The notes under the pieces were generated by a model, which worked only from the letters and a program-made list of their open reading frames with translations, did not search any database and was not told where the DNA came from. A DNA stretch of 64,000 bases, from positions 8,370,001 through 8,434,000 of the forward strand of contig OZ210885.1 of NCBI GenBank assembly GCA_964658305.1. Direction: 5' to 3'. Both the position numbers and the translations under genes were made by a program. Numbering within the stretch: the first letter of the stretch is position 1; each line of letters opens with the position of its first letter. Positions 61,876 to 64,000 of this stretch are shown here, in pieces. Origin of the DNA: Leptogorgia sarmentosa. Lineage: Eukaryota.

Positions 61876-64000
61876 TAAATGATATACCACAAGGTTTGAC
61901 ATTTTGACCAACTGGGCCCTTTGTCAGGAAATATTGTGGGAGATGAGAGACACATGGTATATACAATTGTATACAATTGCATTAAGTAGTCTATATGTAG
62001 GGGACTAAACCATATTGGAAAACCATTGACAACAAAGATGTTAATATGTTCACCCTCATAAAAATAATATGTGCAATTTCCTTGACTATCAACACTGATT
62101 CTCAATCAAGGAGCACCTCATGCTTGTCGATTCTGTTATCTGCTGGTAATACTGACCACATTCTGAAGTTTGTTACTGGACAATTAACTTACCTTAATTT
62201 ATTTTATAATCTCAGGAAACTAAATGTTCTAATTTGGCAGCCTTGATTCAGGTTGAAAATCAAGTTTTTCACACTCTGTATTGTTGTTCGATGATGTCAA
62301 CAGATGAACAAATCACATTTCTATAAGGAGATAAGAAAATGGGGCAGAGTCAGTGTTAATTTTGACAAGAAATCAACAATTTCATTGATGTTTCATAGAC
62401 TAACTAAATGTTGTGATCTACTTTATTATAACTTGACCCAAACTAAAAAATCAGTGCCCCCTCCCCCTTGTTCTCCCCCACCCACCATCTATACTCTAAG
62501 CTATCGGCAAAGTACAGGAATATATAATAAATGAGATAATCAATGTGAGGATTATATATACTGTAGCTACCATGTTTTAGACCTGATCATGACCAGGGAT
62601 GGGAAATAAAACACTTAATGTTCTTTGGCAGTATCTGTGGCAGTTTGATTTTGTTTGGACAGTATTATATAACAACTGAGCAATAACAACCAACCATCTG
62701 CACAAATACAAGATAAATCTACATGAACTTAAAGTTATTACTCAACAAGTGACTTCTATAGCTCGGTCGGTCAGAATGCTGGTCTGGAATCTCATGGTTA
62801 CAATTCCTGACAGTCAGGTTTTATAGATTCAAACAGTTTATAAACTTATCATAAGCTAACAAATCTGACAATGAAAATTAAAGTAAAATGTGCGAGAGGC
62901 AGGGGATTTTTCCAGTAAGTGGCAGAAAGAAATTCATGTCTAGCTTGACAGTTTATGTACATGCAAAATGGAAATTAAGGAATGAAAAACATGTGGGCAA
63001 AAAACATGCATGATTTGTTTTGCAGTTTCAGGCCCAGTCATATTCTTTCTGCAATAAAATTAGGATTTCACATTCAATGCATTATTTTCAATCAGCAATT
63101 CAATCCTTCCAGATTGAAATCAAAATCAAAATTGACTCAATCCAGAATGAGTTGTGACTCAATTCAGATTGATGTAGTCAAATCAAATCTAATCCAATCC
63201 CTTATTAGCCTTATGATTTCAAAACACAAATGAAATATGTAGATCTGATCTAAATCTGAGGTAAAAACACTCTAAATTCAATTGTGACACTTGAAATTTG
63301 CAGTGAAATATAACATCAGTATGTAAATCAATATGGTTTTATAGAACTTCACTCAATGTGAAAATTTTTGAGGGGAGTTAATGTGTCTTAATATTGAGTA
63401 AAATTTATACACATGCTGGGACAGTTGCTGCAATGTATTAAAATGCTCCAAAATGTCTTTTTGTCAAATTTCTGGTTGTGTAGTTTTTATTTTTTGATGG
63501 GTGTTAAGTGTAAAATACATTTTTTTAATAGAGAAGCAAAATGCATGTAATATGGGGCTCATATATCGTTTCCGTGCTACTAAAATCTTGAAGGGAATGG
63601 TAATTTCATCAGCCCAGGAGATTGACATCCTTGTAACATCAAAACATGATTGAATTCTTGTGGTATAAAGCAGCTATAAATATATGTAACACAAAACTTG
63701 TTTGCTGGGCAAATAATAGAATTGTCTTCACTATTTAATAAATTTATATTAAGCATAATATAATTGTACTGAAAGAATGTGGGTTAGCAGAGCAAAAGCT
63801 AGAGGTTTTGGTGGCGTTTTTAGAGCAAGTGAAGGCGCTGTGTAACAGGGAATGCTCTGGACTTATGTGCCCTGCTAGGAATCACCAGCTAGGTGACAAA
63901 CTACTGATGCAATATACAACTTGATGCATGCTGTACTACAGTATAAAGTCAATGATGATAGGGTTAGAGTTTCTATATCATTTATTAATGTATGTCTGAA

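Noticed and set aside
62757..62810. tRNA-like A-box (tagctcggtcgg), also near 32390-32420
   Set aside because: No cloverleaf or intact B-box; at most decayed SINE heads.
63790..63895. Short open frame on + strand ending at a GT (possible exon; GFGGVF in another frame)
   Set aside because: No convincing acceptor or homology, and the kinase-like frame stops immediately.

Overview
AT-rich, intron- and transposon-rich eukaryotic (animal) DNA; the repeat repertoire suggests a marine invertebrate such as a cnidarian, which is inference only. One large minus-strand gene dominates the window. I reconstructed it by hand as 16 phase-consistent GT-AG coding exons from 56144 down to 2728 (5109 nt, about 1702 aa). 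It encodes an APAF-1-like STAND NTPase (NB-ARC, winged helix/helical domain, WD40 propellers). Instead of a CARD, its N-terminus is a ~190-aa helical domain with an intact HEPN-type R-x4-H motif (RNPWAH), followed by a coiled coil. This is a candidate RNase-effector NLR-like immune receptor. Its 10-kb intron 6 holds a three-level nest: a Helitron Rep remnant, split by a full-length BEL/Pao LTR retrotransposon (193-bp LTRs, 5-bp TSD, tRNA-Tyr PBS), whose integrase tail is interrupted by a 168-bp MITE. Other introns and flanks carry a fold-back Tc1-like element, many MITEs, clustered hairpin-ended Crypton-like elements and Penelope-type hammerhead-ribozyme-like motifs. I saw no rRNA, bona fide tRNA or CRISPR array.
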